DNA of 64,000 nucleotides from an uncultured Actinomycetota bacterium (GTDB lineage Bacteria; Actinomycetota; Actinomycetes; S36-B12): NCBI GenBank assembly GCA_963749905.1, contig CAVVOF010000007.1, positions 9,941 to 73,940 of the forward strand, read 5' to 3'. Shown piece by piece: positions 54,390 to 63,542 of this stretch (position 1 is its first letter; each line of letters starts with the position of its first letter). The notes under the pieces were generated by a model. It saw only the letters and a program-made list of their open reading frames with translations, ran no database searches and was not told where the DNA came from. The position numbers and the translations under genes were made by a program.

Positions 54390-54423
54390 GGATGGGGCCG
54401 GACCCTTCGGTCCGACCCCATCC
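54390..54423. terminator. Bidirectional stem-loop between the convergent ATPase gene and rpsA
   Basis: GGATGGGGCCGGACC-CTTC-GGTCCGACCCCATCC: 15-bp stem with one mismatch and a 4-nt loop. Confidence 0.65.
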
Positions 54424-54441
54424 TTGGCTTGAGCTGACTGG

Positions 54442-55899
54442 CTACTCGCCGGTCAGCTTGTCGCGCAGGGCCTGCAGCGCCTCGTCCGAGGCCAGCGTGC
54501 CCGAGTTGTCGTTCGACTCCGAGGAGTACGACGCCGGCACGTCGCCGGCCTCGAGTGCGGCTGCCTGGTCGGCGGCCTTGGAGTCCTCGACCTGCTTGCG
54601 GTGCGCCTCCCAGCGTGCGTGGGCCTCGGAGTACTGGCGCTCCCACTCCTCGCGCTGACCCTCCGAGCCGGCCTTCCACTCGCCCGTCTCCGGGTCGAAC
54701 CCGTCCGGACCGATGTAGTCGCCGGCCTCGTTGAACGCCGGTGCCATGCCGTACAGGTACGGGTCGAACTCCTCGCCGGCGACGCCGTCCGCGGAGTCGT
54801 TCGCCTGCTTGAGCGACAGCGAGATGCGCCGACGCTCGAGGTCGATGTCGATGACCCGAACGAAGATGTCGTCGTTGACCTGGACGATCTGCTCCGGCAG
54901 CTCGATGTGGCGCTCGGCCAGCTCCGAGATGTGCACCAGGCCCTCGATGCCCTCCTCGACGCGCACGAACGCGCCGAAGGGAACGAGCTTGGTGACCTTG
55001 CCGGGCACGACCTGACCGATCTGGTGGGTCCGGGCGAAGTGCTGCCACGGATCCTCCTGCGTCGCCTTGAGCGACAGCGAGACGCGCTCGCGGTCCATGT
55101 CGACGTCGAGCACCTCGACGGTGACCTCCTGGCCGACCTCGACGACCTCGGACGGGTGGTCGATGTGCTTCCAGGACAGCTCCGACACGTGCACGAGGCC
55201 GTCGACGCCACCGAGGTCGACGAAGGCGCCGAAGTTGACGATGGAGGAGACGACGCCGCTGCGGATCTGGCCCTTCTGCAGCTGCGTGAGGAAGGTCTGG
55301 CGGACCTCGCTCTGCGTCTGCTCGAGCCAGGCGCGGCGGGACAGGACCACGTTGTTGCGGTTCTTGTCCAGCTCGATGATCTTGGCCTCGAGGGTCTTGC
55401 CCACGTACGGCTGCAGGTCGCGGACGCGACGCATCTCGACGAGGGAGGCGGGGAGGAAGCCACGCAGGCCGATGTCCAGGATCAGGCCGCCCTTGACGAC
55501 CTCGATGACCTGGCCCTCGACGACGCCGTCCTCTTCCTTGATCTTCTCGATCGTGCCCCAGGCGCGCTCGTACTGTGCACGCTTCTTGGACAGGATGAGG
55601 CGACCTTCCTTGTCCTCCTTGGTGAGGACCAGGGCCTCGACGTGGTCGCCCACGGAGACGACCTGGGAGGGATCGACATCATGCTTGATGGACAGTTCGC
55701 GGGAGGGGATGACGCCCTCGGTCTTGTAGCCGATGTCGAGGAGGACCTCGTCGCGGTCGACCTTGACGATGGTGCCCTCGACGATGTCGCCGTCGTTGAA
55801 GTACTTGATGGTGGCGTCGATCGCCGCCATGAAGTCCTCGGCGGTGCCGATGTCGTTGACGGCCACCTGGGCCGGGGCGGTGGTGGTAGAAGTGGTCAT
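54442..55899 (-). CDS. rpsA: 30S ribosomal protein S1
   Basis: Trimmed to the ATG at 55899 (MTTSTTTAPAQVAVNDIGTAEDF…). Four S1 repeats, acidic C-terminus. Confidence 0.95.
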   Translation of the reverse strand: MTTSTTTAPAQVAVNDIGTAEDFMAAIDATIKYFNDGDIVEGTIVKVDRDEVLLDIGYKTEGVIPSRELSIKHDVDPSQVVSVGDHVEALVLTKEDKEGRLILSKKRAQYERAWGTIEKIKEEDGVVEGQVIEVVKGGLILDIGLRGFLPASLVEMRRVRDLQPYVGKTLEAKIIELDKNRNNVVLSRRAWLEQTQSEVRQTFLTQLQKGQIRSGVVSSIVNFGAFVDLGGVDGLVHVSELSWKHIDHPSEVVEVGQEVTVEVLDVDMDRERVSLSLKATQEDPWQHFARTHQIGQVVPGKVTKLVPFGAFVRVEEGIEGLVHISELAERHIELPEQIVQVNDDIFVRVIDIDLERRRISLSLKQANDSADGVAGEEFDPYLYGMAPAFNEAGDYIGPDGFDPETGEWKAGSEGQREEWERQYSEAHARWEAHRKQVEDSKAADQAAALEAGDVPASYSSESNDNSGTLASDEALQALRDKLTGE

Positions 55900-56012
55900 T
55901 GAGTAGGGGATCTCTTCGTAGTAGGGGCGTTTCGCGGGCGCGAAACCATCCAAGGCTACCGGCGCCCTCGTGGGCCGCCTAATCCGCCCCGTCGTCACGT
56001 TTGTCCCGGTAC

Positions 56013-56085
56013 CCGGGAGAAACGCGCGATGAGCGTCCGGTTTGCCCGTTTCGCGCGCTCGTTTCTCCCGCAACCGGGAGAAACG
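56013..56085 (-). promoter_or_regulatory. Three-copy 11/12-nt motif forming mutually exclusive hairpins between the polA stop and the rpsA leader
   Basis: CCGGGAGAAACG at 56013-56024 and 56074-56085. Its complement CGTTTCTCCCG lies at 56060-56070. The middle copy can pair with either flank (11 bp each). Confidence 0.45.
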
Positions 56086-56094
56086 TGGGGAACG

Positions 56095-58750
56095 TCAGTG
56101 GGCGGCCGACTCCCAGCTGGTGCCGTACCCGACGGACACGTCCAGCGGGACCGACAGGTCGGCCGCGCCGGCCATCGCCGCCCGCACGAGTTCCTCGACG
56201 GGCGCGCGCTCGCCCGGCCACACCTCGACCACCAGCTCGTCGTGCACCTGCAGCAGCAGCCGGCTGCGCAGGCCACCGGCAGCCAGCCCGTCCTGCAGGC
56301 GCAGCATCGACACCTTGACGATGTCCGCCGCACTTCCCTGGATCGGCGCGTTCAACGCCATCCGCTCCGCCATCTCCCGACGCTGCCGGTTCTCGCTGTT
56401 CAGGTCCGGCAGGTAGCGCCGCCGGCCCATCATCGTCTCGGTGAAACCCTGCGCCCGTGCCCGCTCCACCACCTCGGCCAGGTAGTCGCGGACGCCGCCG
56501 AACCGCTCGAAGTACTCCTCCATCAGCCCGCGGGCCTCGTCCGGCGAGATGTCCAGCTGCTGAGACAGCCCGTAGGCCGACAGGCCGTAGGCCAGCCCAT
56601 ACGACATCGCCTTGATCCGGCGTCGCATCTCGGCGTCGACATCCCCGGCATCGACGCCGAACACTCGGCTGGCGACCGTCGTATGCAGGTCCTCGCCCGA
56701 CCGGAACGCGTCGATGAGCCCGGCGTCCTCCGACAGGTGCGCCATGATCCGCATCTCGATCTGGCTGTAGTCGGCGGTGAGCAGGGTCTCGTACTCCGCG
56801 CCGACGACGAAGCAGCCGCGGATCCGCCGGCCCGCGTCGGTGCGGATCGGGATGTTCTGCAGGTTGGGATCGGCGCTCGACAGCCGACCCGTGGCCGCGA
56901 CCATCTGGTTGAACGTCGTATGGATGCGACCGGAGGCATCGACGAGCGGCAGCAGCCCCTCGACGGTCTGTCGCAGCTTGGAGCGGTCCCGCCAGGCGAG
57001 CAGCTGCTCGAGCAGCGGGTCCTCGGTCTGCGCGTACAGCTGCTGCAGGGCCTCCGCGTCCGTCGTGTAGCCGGTCTTGATCTTCTTCGTCTTCGGCAGG
57101 TTCCGCTCGCCGAAGAGGATCTCCTGGAGCTGCTTCGGGAGACCCGAGGTTGAACGGTCGACCGACAAGCCGGTGCGCCTGCTCCTCCGCCCGTCGCATG
57201 TCGGCGCCGAACTCGTCCGACAGCCCCCGCAGCCCCGCGAGGTCGACGGCGATCCCCGCGAACTCCATGTCCGCGAGAATCGGCACCAGCGGGATCTCGA
57301 GGTCGTCCAGGAGCCCACGCACGTGCTGAGCGTCCAGTCGCTCGCCCAGCGCTGCTGCCAGGTCGCGGATCACCAGCACCTGCCGGGACAGGGACGACGC
57401 TGCCTCCTCCCCCATCTCCAGGAGCAGCTGGTCCCCGGCCACCTCGACGTCGACGGTGACGCCGAGCACCCGCTGCGCGACGTCGGTCAGCCCGTACCCG
57501 CGGGCCCCCGGCGCGTCGAGGTACGCGGCCAGCGCGGTGTCCATCCGGATGCCGGCGAGCCGCCGGCCCATGGCCACGAGTGCGAGCGCCGGGCCCTTCG
57601 CGTCGTGCAGGTCCTTCGGGACGTCCGGGTCTGCCAGCCAGTCGACCAAAGCCGCGCGCACGTCGGCGTCGCCGGCGTCGAGGTAGGCCACCTCGCCTCG
57701 GCCGTCGAGCACTGCCGCAGCCGTGAGCTCGCCGGTGCCCCGCCCCCACGTGCCGGCGATGGCGACTGCGGCCCCTTCGCGCGCGGCCCCCAGCCAGGTG
57801 GCCGCCTCGTCACCGCTGAGTACTCGCACCTGGGCTTCCGCTGCAGCTGGGGCCTGCTGCTCCTCCACGCCCGGGCCCCCGGGCCGCACCTTGTCGAGAC
57901 GCTCGCGCAGCGCGCGGAACTGCAGGGTGTCGAACAGACGATCGACGTCGGCGGGGTCCCACGCCTCCAGTTCCGCGGCATCGAGGTCGATCGGGACCGG
58001 AACATCGTCGACGAGGCTGGTCAGCCGCCGGTTCACCAGCACCTGCGGCAGGGCGGCGCGCAGCGCATCACCCGTCTTCCCCGGAACCTCGTCGACCCGG
58101 TCCACCAGGCCGGCGAGGGAGCCGTACTCGCGAATCCACTTCGAGGCCGTCTTCTCCCCCACCCCCGGGATGCCCGGCAGGTTGTCGCTGGGGTCCCCTC
58201 GCAGCGCCGCGTAGTCGGGGTACTGGCTCGGGCTGAGGCCGTACTTCTCCTCGACGGCGGCCGGGGTCATCCGCGCCAGCTCGCTGACGCCCTTCTTGGG
58301 ATAGAGCACCGTGACCCGGTCGTCGACGAGCTGGAAGGCGTCGCGGTCGCCGGTGACGATCGCGACGTCCCAGTCCTGCTGACGGGCGCGATGGGTCAGA
58401 GTCGCGATGATGTCGTCCGCCTCGAAGCCGTCGCACTCAAGGACCGGGATCCCGAGCGCCTCGAGCACCTCCTTGATCAGGGCGACCTGGCCCTTGAACT
58501 CATCCGGTGACTTCGACCGCGTGGCCTTGTACTCCGGGAACTCCTCCGTTCGGAACGTCTGCCGCGACACGTCGAAGGCCACGGCCACATGGGTGGGCTG
58601 CTCGTCGCGCAGCACGTTGATCAGCATCGAGGTGAATCCGAAGACCGCGTTGGTCGGCTGACCCGTGGTCGTCGAGAAGTTCTCGACGGGCAGGGCGTAG
58701 AAGGCGCGGTAGGCCAGTGAATGGCCGTCCAGGAGGAGCACGCGGGGCAT
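56095..58750 (-). pseudogene. polA: DNA polymerase I, one frameshift as assembled
   Basis: ATG at 58750 (MPRVLLLDGHSLAYRAF…). The 5'-nuclease and exonuclease-like regions run to …RPFNLGSP. A CC run read as CCC at about 57142 shifts the frame. It continues KQLQEILFGERNLPKTKKIKTGYTTD…QVHDELVVEV… (ORF 56095-57318). Confidence 0.9.
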
Positions 58751-58778
58751 CGCCACCCGGTGATCCTATTCTCGGGGC

Positions 58779-59210
58779 ATGACGTCGACAGAGCCCGCGC
58801 ACCCGAACCCCGGACTGGACCCGCTCGGGCCCCTCGCCAACGCGATGGGCATGGAGATACGGGAGGCCTCCCCGCAACGGGTGGTCATCACCATGCCCGT
58901 GGCCGGCAACACCCAGCCGTACGGCCTGCTCCACGGCGGGGCCAGTGCCGTGCTCATCGAGACGGCCGGCTCGATCGGCGCCTCGATGCACGCCGGCCCC
59001 GGGCGGATGGTGGTCGGTCTGGACATCTCCTGCACCCACCATCGAGGGGTCCGCTCGGGGACGGTCACGGCGGTCGCCTCGCCCCTCTCGCTCGGTCGCA
59101 CCGTCACCTGCTACGAGGTGCGGGTCGTCGACGACCAGTCCCGTCCGGTGGCCACTGGACGGCTGACCTGCCTGATCCGAGAGGTACCCGCCGACGCGCC
59201 GGCCGGGTGA
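58779..59210 (+). CDS. PaaI-family hotdog-fold thioesterase
   Basis: 143 aa. …NTQPYGLLHGGASAVLIETAGS…. Confidence 0.85.
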   Translation: MTSTEPAHPNPGLDPLGPLANAMGMEIREASPQRVVITMPVAGNTQPYGLLHGGASAVLIETAGSIGASMHAGPGRMVVGLDISCTHHRGVRSGTVTAVASPLSLGRTVTCYEVRVVDDQSRPVATGRLTCLIREVPADAPAG

Positions 59211-59327
59211 ATCGCAGACGAATCCCAGTTGTCCGTTGCGCGGCCCATGTTCGTGGATATGCTGCCCGCGTTCGTCTCCAGCCGAGCATCAGCGACCGCT
59301 GGACCGACCATGGGAGGAGCACTGAGC

Positions 59328-60614
59328 GTGCATCGACGGGTGATGGCGGCTTTCGGAGCCGTGTTCGTCGCTCTCCTCGCGCTGCTCGCCATCGCCCAGC
59401 CAGCGGCTGCGGAGGGCGAGCGGCTCGGTGGCCGGCTCGAGAACCGGGTAGATGGCCAGCGGACGCCGATCGAGGGCGTGGTCATCGTGGTGACGGACGA
59501 CAGCGGCTTCGAGGCGTCGGGGACGAGCGGACCGGACGGCGTATGGGAGGTCCCCGTACCTGCCCAGGGTCTCTACGACGTGACCATCGACGTCACCACG
59601 CTCCCTGAGGGGGTGGCGCTCACCGACCCGGACAAGGTCACCATCGCCGACGTCCCCGTCCAGCCCCCGCTCTTCGGCGGGCTCAAGACCGTCAACTTCC
59701 CGCTCGGCGTGAGCAACGTGCAGACGACAACGATCTGGGAGCAGGCCGCCCAGCTGACGGTCTCCGGCCTCCAGTTCGGCCTCATGATCGCCCTCGGCGC
59801 CCTCGGCCTGTCCATCATCTACGGCACCACGGGATTGGTGAACTTCGCCCACGGCGAGATCATCACCTTCGGCGCCTTGGCCACGTGGACCCTCAACGCC
59901 GGCGTTGGGCTGCCCTTCTTCCTTGCCGCGATCGGCGGTCTGCTGCTCTCCGCGGCCTTCGGCTGGCTCAACAATGCCGCGCTCTGGAAACCCCTCAGAC
60001 GTCGTGGCACCGGCCTGATCGCCATGATGATCGTCTCGATCGGCCTGGCGCTCTTCCTCCGCAACTTCTACCAGTTCTTCGTCGGCGCCGACAAGAAGTC
60101 GTACGCGGACTATGCCGGCCTGGCGGGTATCAAGATCGGTCCGGTCTCGATCACGCCAACGGACATCGGGATCGTCATCGTCGCGCTGGTGGCGTTGACC
60201 ATCACGGTTCTCGTCCTCAGCAAGACGCGACTCGGCAAGGCCACCCGCGCTGTCTCGGACAACCCGAGCCTGGCTGCCGGTGCCGGCATCAACGTTGAGC
60301 GGGTGATCACGTTCGTCTGGGTCATCGGCGCCGCACTCGCGGGCCTGGGCGGGACCTTGCTGGGCTTCACCCAGCAGGTCTCGTTCCAAATGGGCTTCCA
60401 GATCCTCCTGCTCGTGTTCGCAGCGGTCACCCTCGGCGGCCTCGGCACCATCTCCGGCGCGATCTTCGGCTCCCTCGTGGTCGGCCTCTTCATCCAGTTG
60501 ACCACGCTGATCATCCCCACGGAACTCAAGAACGTGGGCGCCCTCCTGGTCCTGATCGTCATCCTCCTCGTCCGTCCATACGGCCTGCTGGGCCGCCGAG
60601 AGCGCGTGGGTTAG
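59328..60614 (+). CDS. livH: Branched-chain amino-acid ABC permease (LivH-like) with an N-terminal signal peptide and an extracytoplasmic beta-rich extension
   Basis: GTG at 59328, 8 nt after GGGAGGAG. The extension GRLENRVDGQRTPIEGVVIVVTDDSGFEASGTSGPDGVWEVPVP resembles a CarboxypepD_reg fold. It is followed by a LivH core. Confidence 0.8.
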   Translation: MHRRVMAAFGAVFVALLALLAIAQPAAAEGERLGGRLENRVDGQRTPIEGVVIVVTDDSGFEASGTSGPDGVWEVPVPAQGLYDVTIDVTTLPEGVALTDPDKVTIADVPVQPPLFGGLKTVNFPLGVSNVQTTTIWEQAAQLTVSGLQFGLMIALGALGLSIIYGTTGLVNFAHGEIITFGALATWTLNAGVGLPFFLAAIGGLLLSAAFGWLNNAALWKPLRRRGTGLIAMMIVSIGLALFLRNFYQFFVGADKKSYADYAGLAGIKIGPVSITPTDIGIVIVALVALTITVLVLSKTRLGKATRAVSDNPSLAAGAGINVERVITFVWVIGAALAGLGGTLLGFTQQVSFQMGFQILLLVFAAVTLGGLGTISGAIFGSLVVGLFIQLTTLIIPTELKNVGALLVLIVILLVRPYGLLGRRERVG

Positions 60615-60627
60615 GAGGCGAGACAAC

Positions 60628-61557
60628 ATGGGTTCCATCGACTGGTCGTACATCTTCGCCGTCATGGTCACGTCGGCATTCGGCCTCCAGGCCATCGTGT
60701 TCGGCCTGGCTGCGATCGGCATCAACATCCAGTTCGGCTACACCGGCCTGCTCAACTTCGGCCAGGCAGCCTTCATGGCCGTGGGCGGCTACTCCGTTGC
60801 CGTCGTCGTCGTCACCTTCGGCTGGAGCTTCTGGGTCGGCATTCCCATCGGCATCGCCGCGGCCATCGTGCTTGCGCTCGTACTGGGCATCCCGACCCTG
60901 CGGCTGAGGGCCGATTATCTGGCGATCGTCACCATCGCAGCCGCCGAGATCATCCGGCTCATCCTGCGATCCGTCACCTTCAAGGACATCTTCGGTGGTT
61001 CCGACGGGCGTCAGGCGTTCGCGGACGGCTTCTTCGCCCTGAGCCCCTTCCCCGAGGACGCGGCCCTCGCCATCGGACCGGCGGTCATCAACGACCGTCA
61101 GCTGTGGACGTACACGGTCGGCTGGTCGCTCGTGGCGCTCGCCCTGCTGCTCACCTGGCTCCTTGTCCGGTCGCCCTGGGGTCGAGTCGTCAAGGGCATC
61201 CGTGAGGACGAGGACGCTGTTCGCAGCCTTGGCAAGAACGTCTACGCGTACAAGATGCAGGCCCTCGTTCTTGGCGGCATCTTCGGCGCTCTCGCCGGTT
61301 TCATCACGGCCATCGGCGCGCAGAACGTCAATCCGGACGTCTTCAAGACGGACGCGACCTTCTTCGCCTACGCCATCCTGATCCTCGGTGGTGCTGCGCG
61401 AGTGTTCGGTCCGTTGCTGGGCACGGTCATCTTCTGGGCCCTCTTCCAGGGGACCGACGTCTTCCTCCGCGAGGCCATCGACGCCGGCGTTCCCATCATC
61501 TCCCTGATGGACGGAACCCAGGCGGCCGTGCTGCGAGTCATGCTCGTCGGCTTGGGC
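60628..61557 (+). pseudogene. livM: Branched-chain amino-acid ABC permease (LivM-like), 3'-truncated at a sequence junction
   Basis: 310 codons of a typical LivM, ending …AAVLRVMLVGLG. Recognisable LivM sequence stops at about 61557, and the open frame continues as antisense of an unrelated gene. No livG/livF follows. Confidence 0.75.
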
Positions 61558-62493
61558 GTCGACGAACGCCGAGTTGCCCCACGCGCGCATGTAACCGAAC
61601 TCGGCCAGGCGGTGCATGAGATCGCTGTCGAGGGCGCCGGCCCGGTGCAGGGTGCGCAGGCTGCGCATCATGTCGTCGGCGAACTGGCCGGGCGCGGCCA
61701 GGATGCCGCTACCGGTGTCGTCGGGATCGAAGCTGCGGGCGATCCGGGCCGGATCGCTGCCGGCGAGGTCGGGATGGTCGGCCGGGTCGATCGGCCTGTC
61801 GCCGGCCTGGCGGAGATCGTCCAGGACCGCGCCCAGCTTGGGCAGCTGCTGGCTGATCAGGGCCTGGTAGAGTTGGTTCTCGAGCGTGGTCAGCCGCGCT
61901 TCGTCCTGTTGCCGAGCTGAACCCCCGAGGCACGTAGCGCCCGATCGTGCCGAGCGTGGCGTCGATCTTGCGACTGGCCTCGGCCGCGCGCGCTGGAAGC
62001 GATGGTCGAGCGCCAGCCGCCGGGCCTGCTTCGGCGAGGTGCCGGTGGTTCGCGCCTGGCGGTCGAGCGCCTCGACCTTGCTGGTCAGCGCACTGCTCGA
62101 TCTGGTGGAGATCATCAGCCAGCGTGTTCAGCCGTTGCGGCACCGTCGCGCCCGGCGCCTGGGTCTTGCCGTGGCCGGGCTGGCGCCGCTCGGCGGGGCA
62201 GGGGGACGTGGATCGAGGGCGCGCTCGGGCTGGCCTGGGTCGCGGCGGCTGCACCGGGCGGGGCCTTGCGGCGGCCGATGGATCTGGCGCAGGTCGGCGA
62301 GCACGTCGGGGTGGTCGCCGGACGACGGAGCAGCGCAGCGGCCCGCCTGCTTCGACACCTGCGGCCTCGTGGGGCTTGGGGCCTTTGAACAGCCCTTTGA
62401 TCCGGTTCCAGAGACCGCCAAACAGCCGCTTGGGGATCTGCTGCTGGCGCCGACGCCTGCGAGCGGGACATTGGCCTGGACGCTGACCGGCAT
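61558..62493 (-). pseudogene. Effector-like low-complexity/coiled-coil protein, several frame breaks and 3'-truncated at the livM junction
   Basis: ATG at 62493 with a GGGAGA RBS. Protein-like segments are spread over three frames: MPVSVQANVPLAGVGASS | IPKRLFGGLWNRIKGLFKGPKPHEAAGV | DHPDVLADLRQI | GKTQAPGATVPQRLNTLADDLHQIEQ | ALTSKVEALDRQ… | AAEASRKIDATLGTIGRYVPRGF | EARLTTLENQLYQALISQQLPKLGAVLDDLRQ…MHRLAEFGYMRAWGNSAFVD. No family recognised. Confidence 0.35.
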
Positions 62494-62505
62494 GTCCGAT
62501 CTCCC

Positions 62506-63053
62506 TCACCGCGCCGGGCGGGCGCCTCCGGTCACGGCCCGATCAGCCGCGGATGCCATAGAACGACGGATTCGGGCGGATGCTCGTCGTTCTGGCGGCC
62601 GCGCCGGCCGGCACCATCTCCCAGTCCGAGGCGCGGGCACGGCCTCCGCCAGGCGAGCGCGGACCTCGCCGACCGCAACGACTTGTCCGGCGATGGCGTC
62701 GGCCATGCACGTGCTGTCGAGCTGATCCAGCGGCCAGCAGCGGTAGAGAACCAGGGCGTCGGTGTCCTGGTCGTAGCCCAGGGTGGCGCCTTCGGTGCCC
62801 TGGTTGAACAGGTTGAGCGCCAGCGCCTGCTCCAGCACCGCCGCCCGGGCGTCACCCGCCGGGACGACCCCGACCTGGCTGTGCAGATGGACCAGATCGC
62901 TCTGGTCGTGGACCTCGACGGTGACCTCGATGCCGTCATCGAAGGCCAGGACGGCGACCCCTTCGGGCTCAGCGCCAGCGACGTGCCGACCGAGGCGCCG
63001 ATCTCGGCCAGCCAGCCGTCGACCAGCTGATGGCTGGACGTGGAGCCTGCCAT
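62506..63053 (-). pseudogene. CesT/SycE-like (T3SS class I chaperone-like) protein, copy 1, frameshifted as assembled
   Basis: ATG at 63053 overlaps the stop of copy 2 (TGATG). MAGSTSSHQLVDGWLAEIGASVGTSLALSPKG | VAVLAFDDGIEVTVEVHDQSDLVHLHSQVGVVPAGDARAAVLEQALALNLFNQGTEGATLGYDQDTDALVLYRCWPLDQLDS… A G-run contraction lies at about 62959. The C-terminus is uncertain (alternative stop at 62543). Confidence 0.55.
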
Positions 63054-63520
63054 CAGGCGCGCAGGTCGGCGGCAGGTGGCACGACAGCGCTGGCCGCGAC
63101 CGGCGGGTCGAGGTCGAACTGGTGCTCGGCCAGGCCGTCGCAAATCGGCCGCGCCGCCTCCAGCAGCCGGGCCAGGACCTCCTTCAGGGTCGCAAGGTCG
63201 AGCATGACAACCGCGACCGCGGTGGCACCGACCGCCCGCGTGCCCGACTGGTCGAGGCCGATGGTCATCCGGCTCGACGCCCAGGTCATCAGCCCCAGCC
63301 GCAGCAACCAGGCGGGCGCGGCATCGCCGTCGGTTGGCACCGGGCCGAGATCGGCATGCAGCCAGAGCAGCTCCACCGGCTCGGCGGCATAGGTGAAGGT
63401 CACCGTGATGCGGTCGAAGCGCAGGCTCGCCCGGTCGGTAGCGTCGAGCGCCAGCCGGTCGAGGCCGGCCTCGGCGGCCAGCGCCTGCAACACGTTGGCG
63501 ACATGGTCGAGTCGTGACAT
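63053..63520 (-). CDS. CesT/SycE-like (T3SS class I chaperone-like) protein, copy 2, intact
   Basis: 155 aa from the ATG at 63520 (AGGGGA RBS). MSRLDHVANVLQALAAEAGLDRLALDATDRASLRFDRITVTFTYAAEPVELLWLHADLG…AWLLRLGLMTW…TIGLDQSG…LDLATLKEVLARLLE…. Confidence 0.6.
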   Translation of the reverse strand: MSRLDHVANVLQALAAEAGLDRLALDATDRASLRFDRITVTFTYAAEPVELLWLHADLGPVPTDGDAAPAWLLRLGLMTWASSRMTIGLDQSGTRAVGATAVAVVMLDLATLKEVLARLLEAARPICDGLAEHQFDLDPPVAASAVVPPAADLRA

Positions 63521-63542
63521 CGCGCAATCCCCTGACTGGTTC

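Noticed and set aside
51736-54441. A mobile element (IS, integrase or prophage remnant) as the origin of the coaE-rpsA insertion.
   Set aside because: No transposase or integrase ORF, terminal inverted repeats or target-site duplication could be found by eye. The origin is left as unknown.
25453-58750. Programmed ribosomal frameshifting or transcriptional slippage as the explanation for the frame breaks.
   Set aside because: There are too many sites (about 25 or more), in many unrelated essential genes and in both directions. No common slippery heptamer or downstream structure is present. Many sites are simple one-base run-length changes.
61558-61563. GTCGAC (SalI site) exactly at the livM junction as a cloning scar.
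   Set aside because: GTCGAC is a very common hexamer in this GC-rich sequence and occurs many times in the window. No vector-like sequence flanks it.
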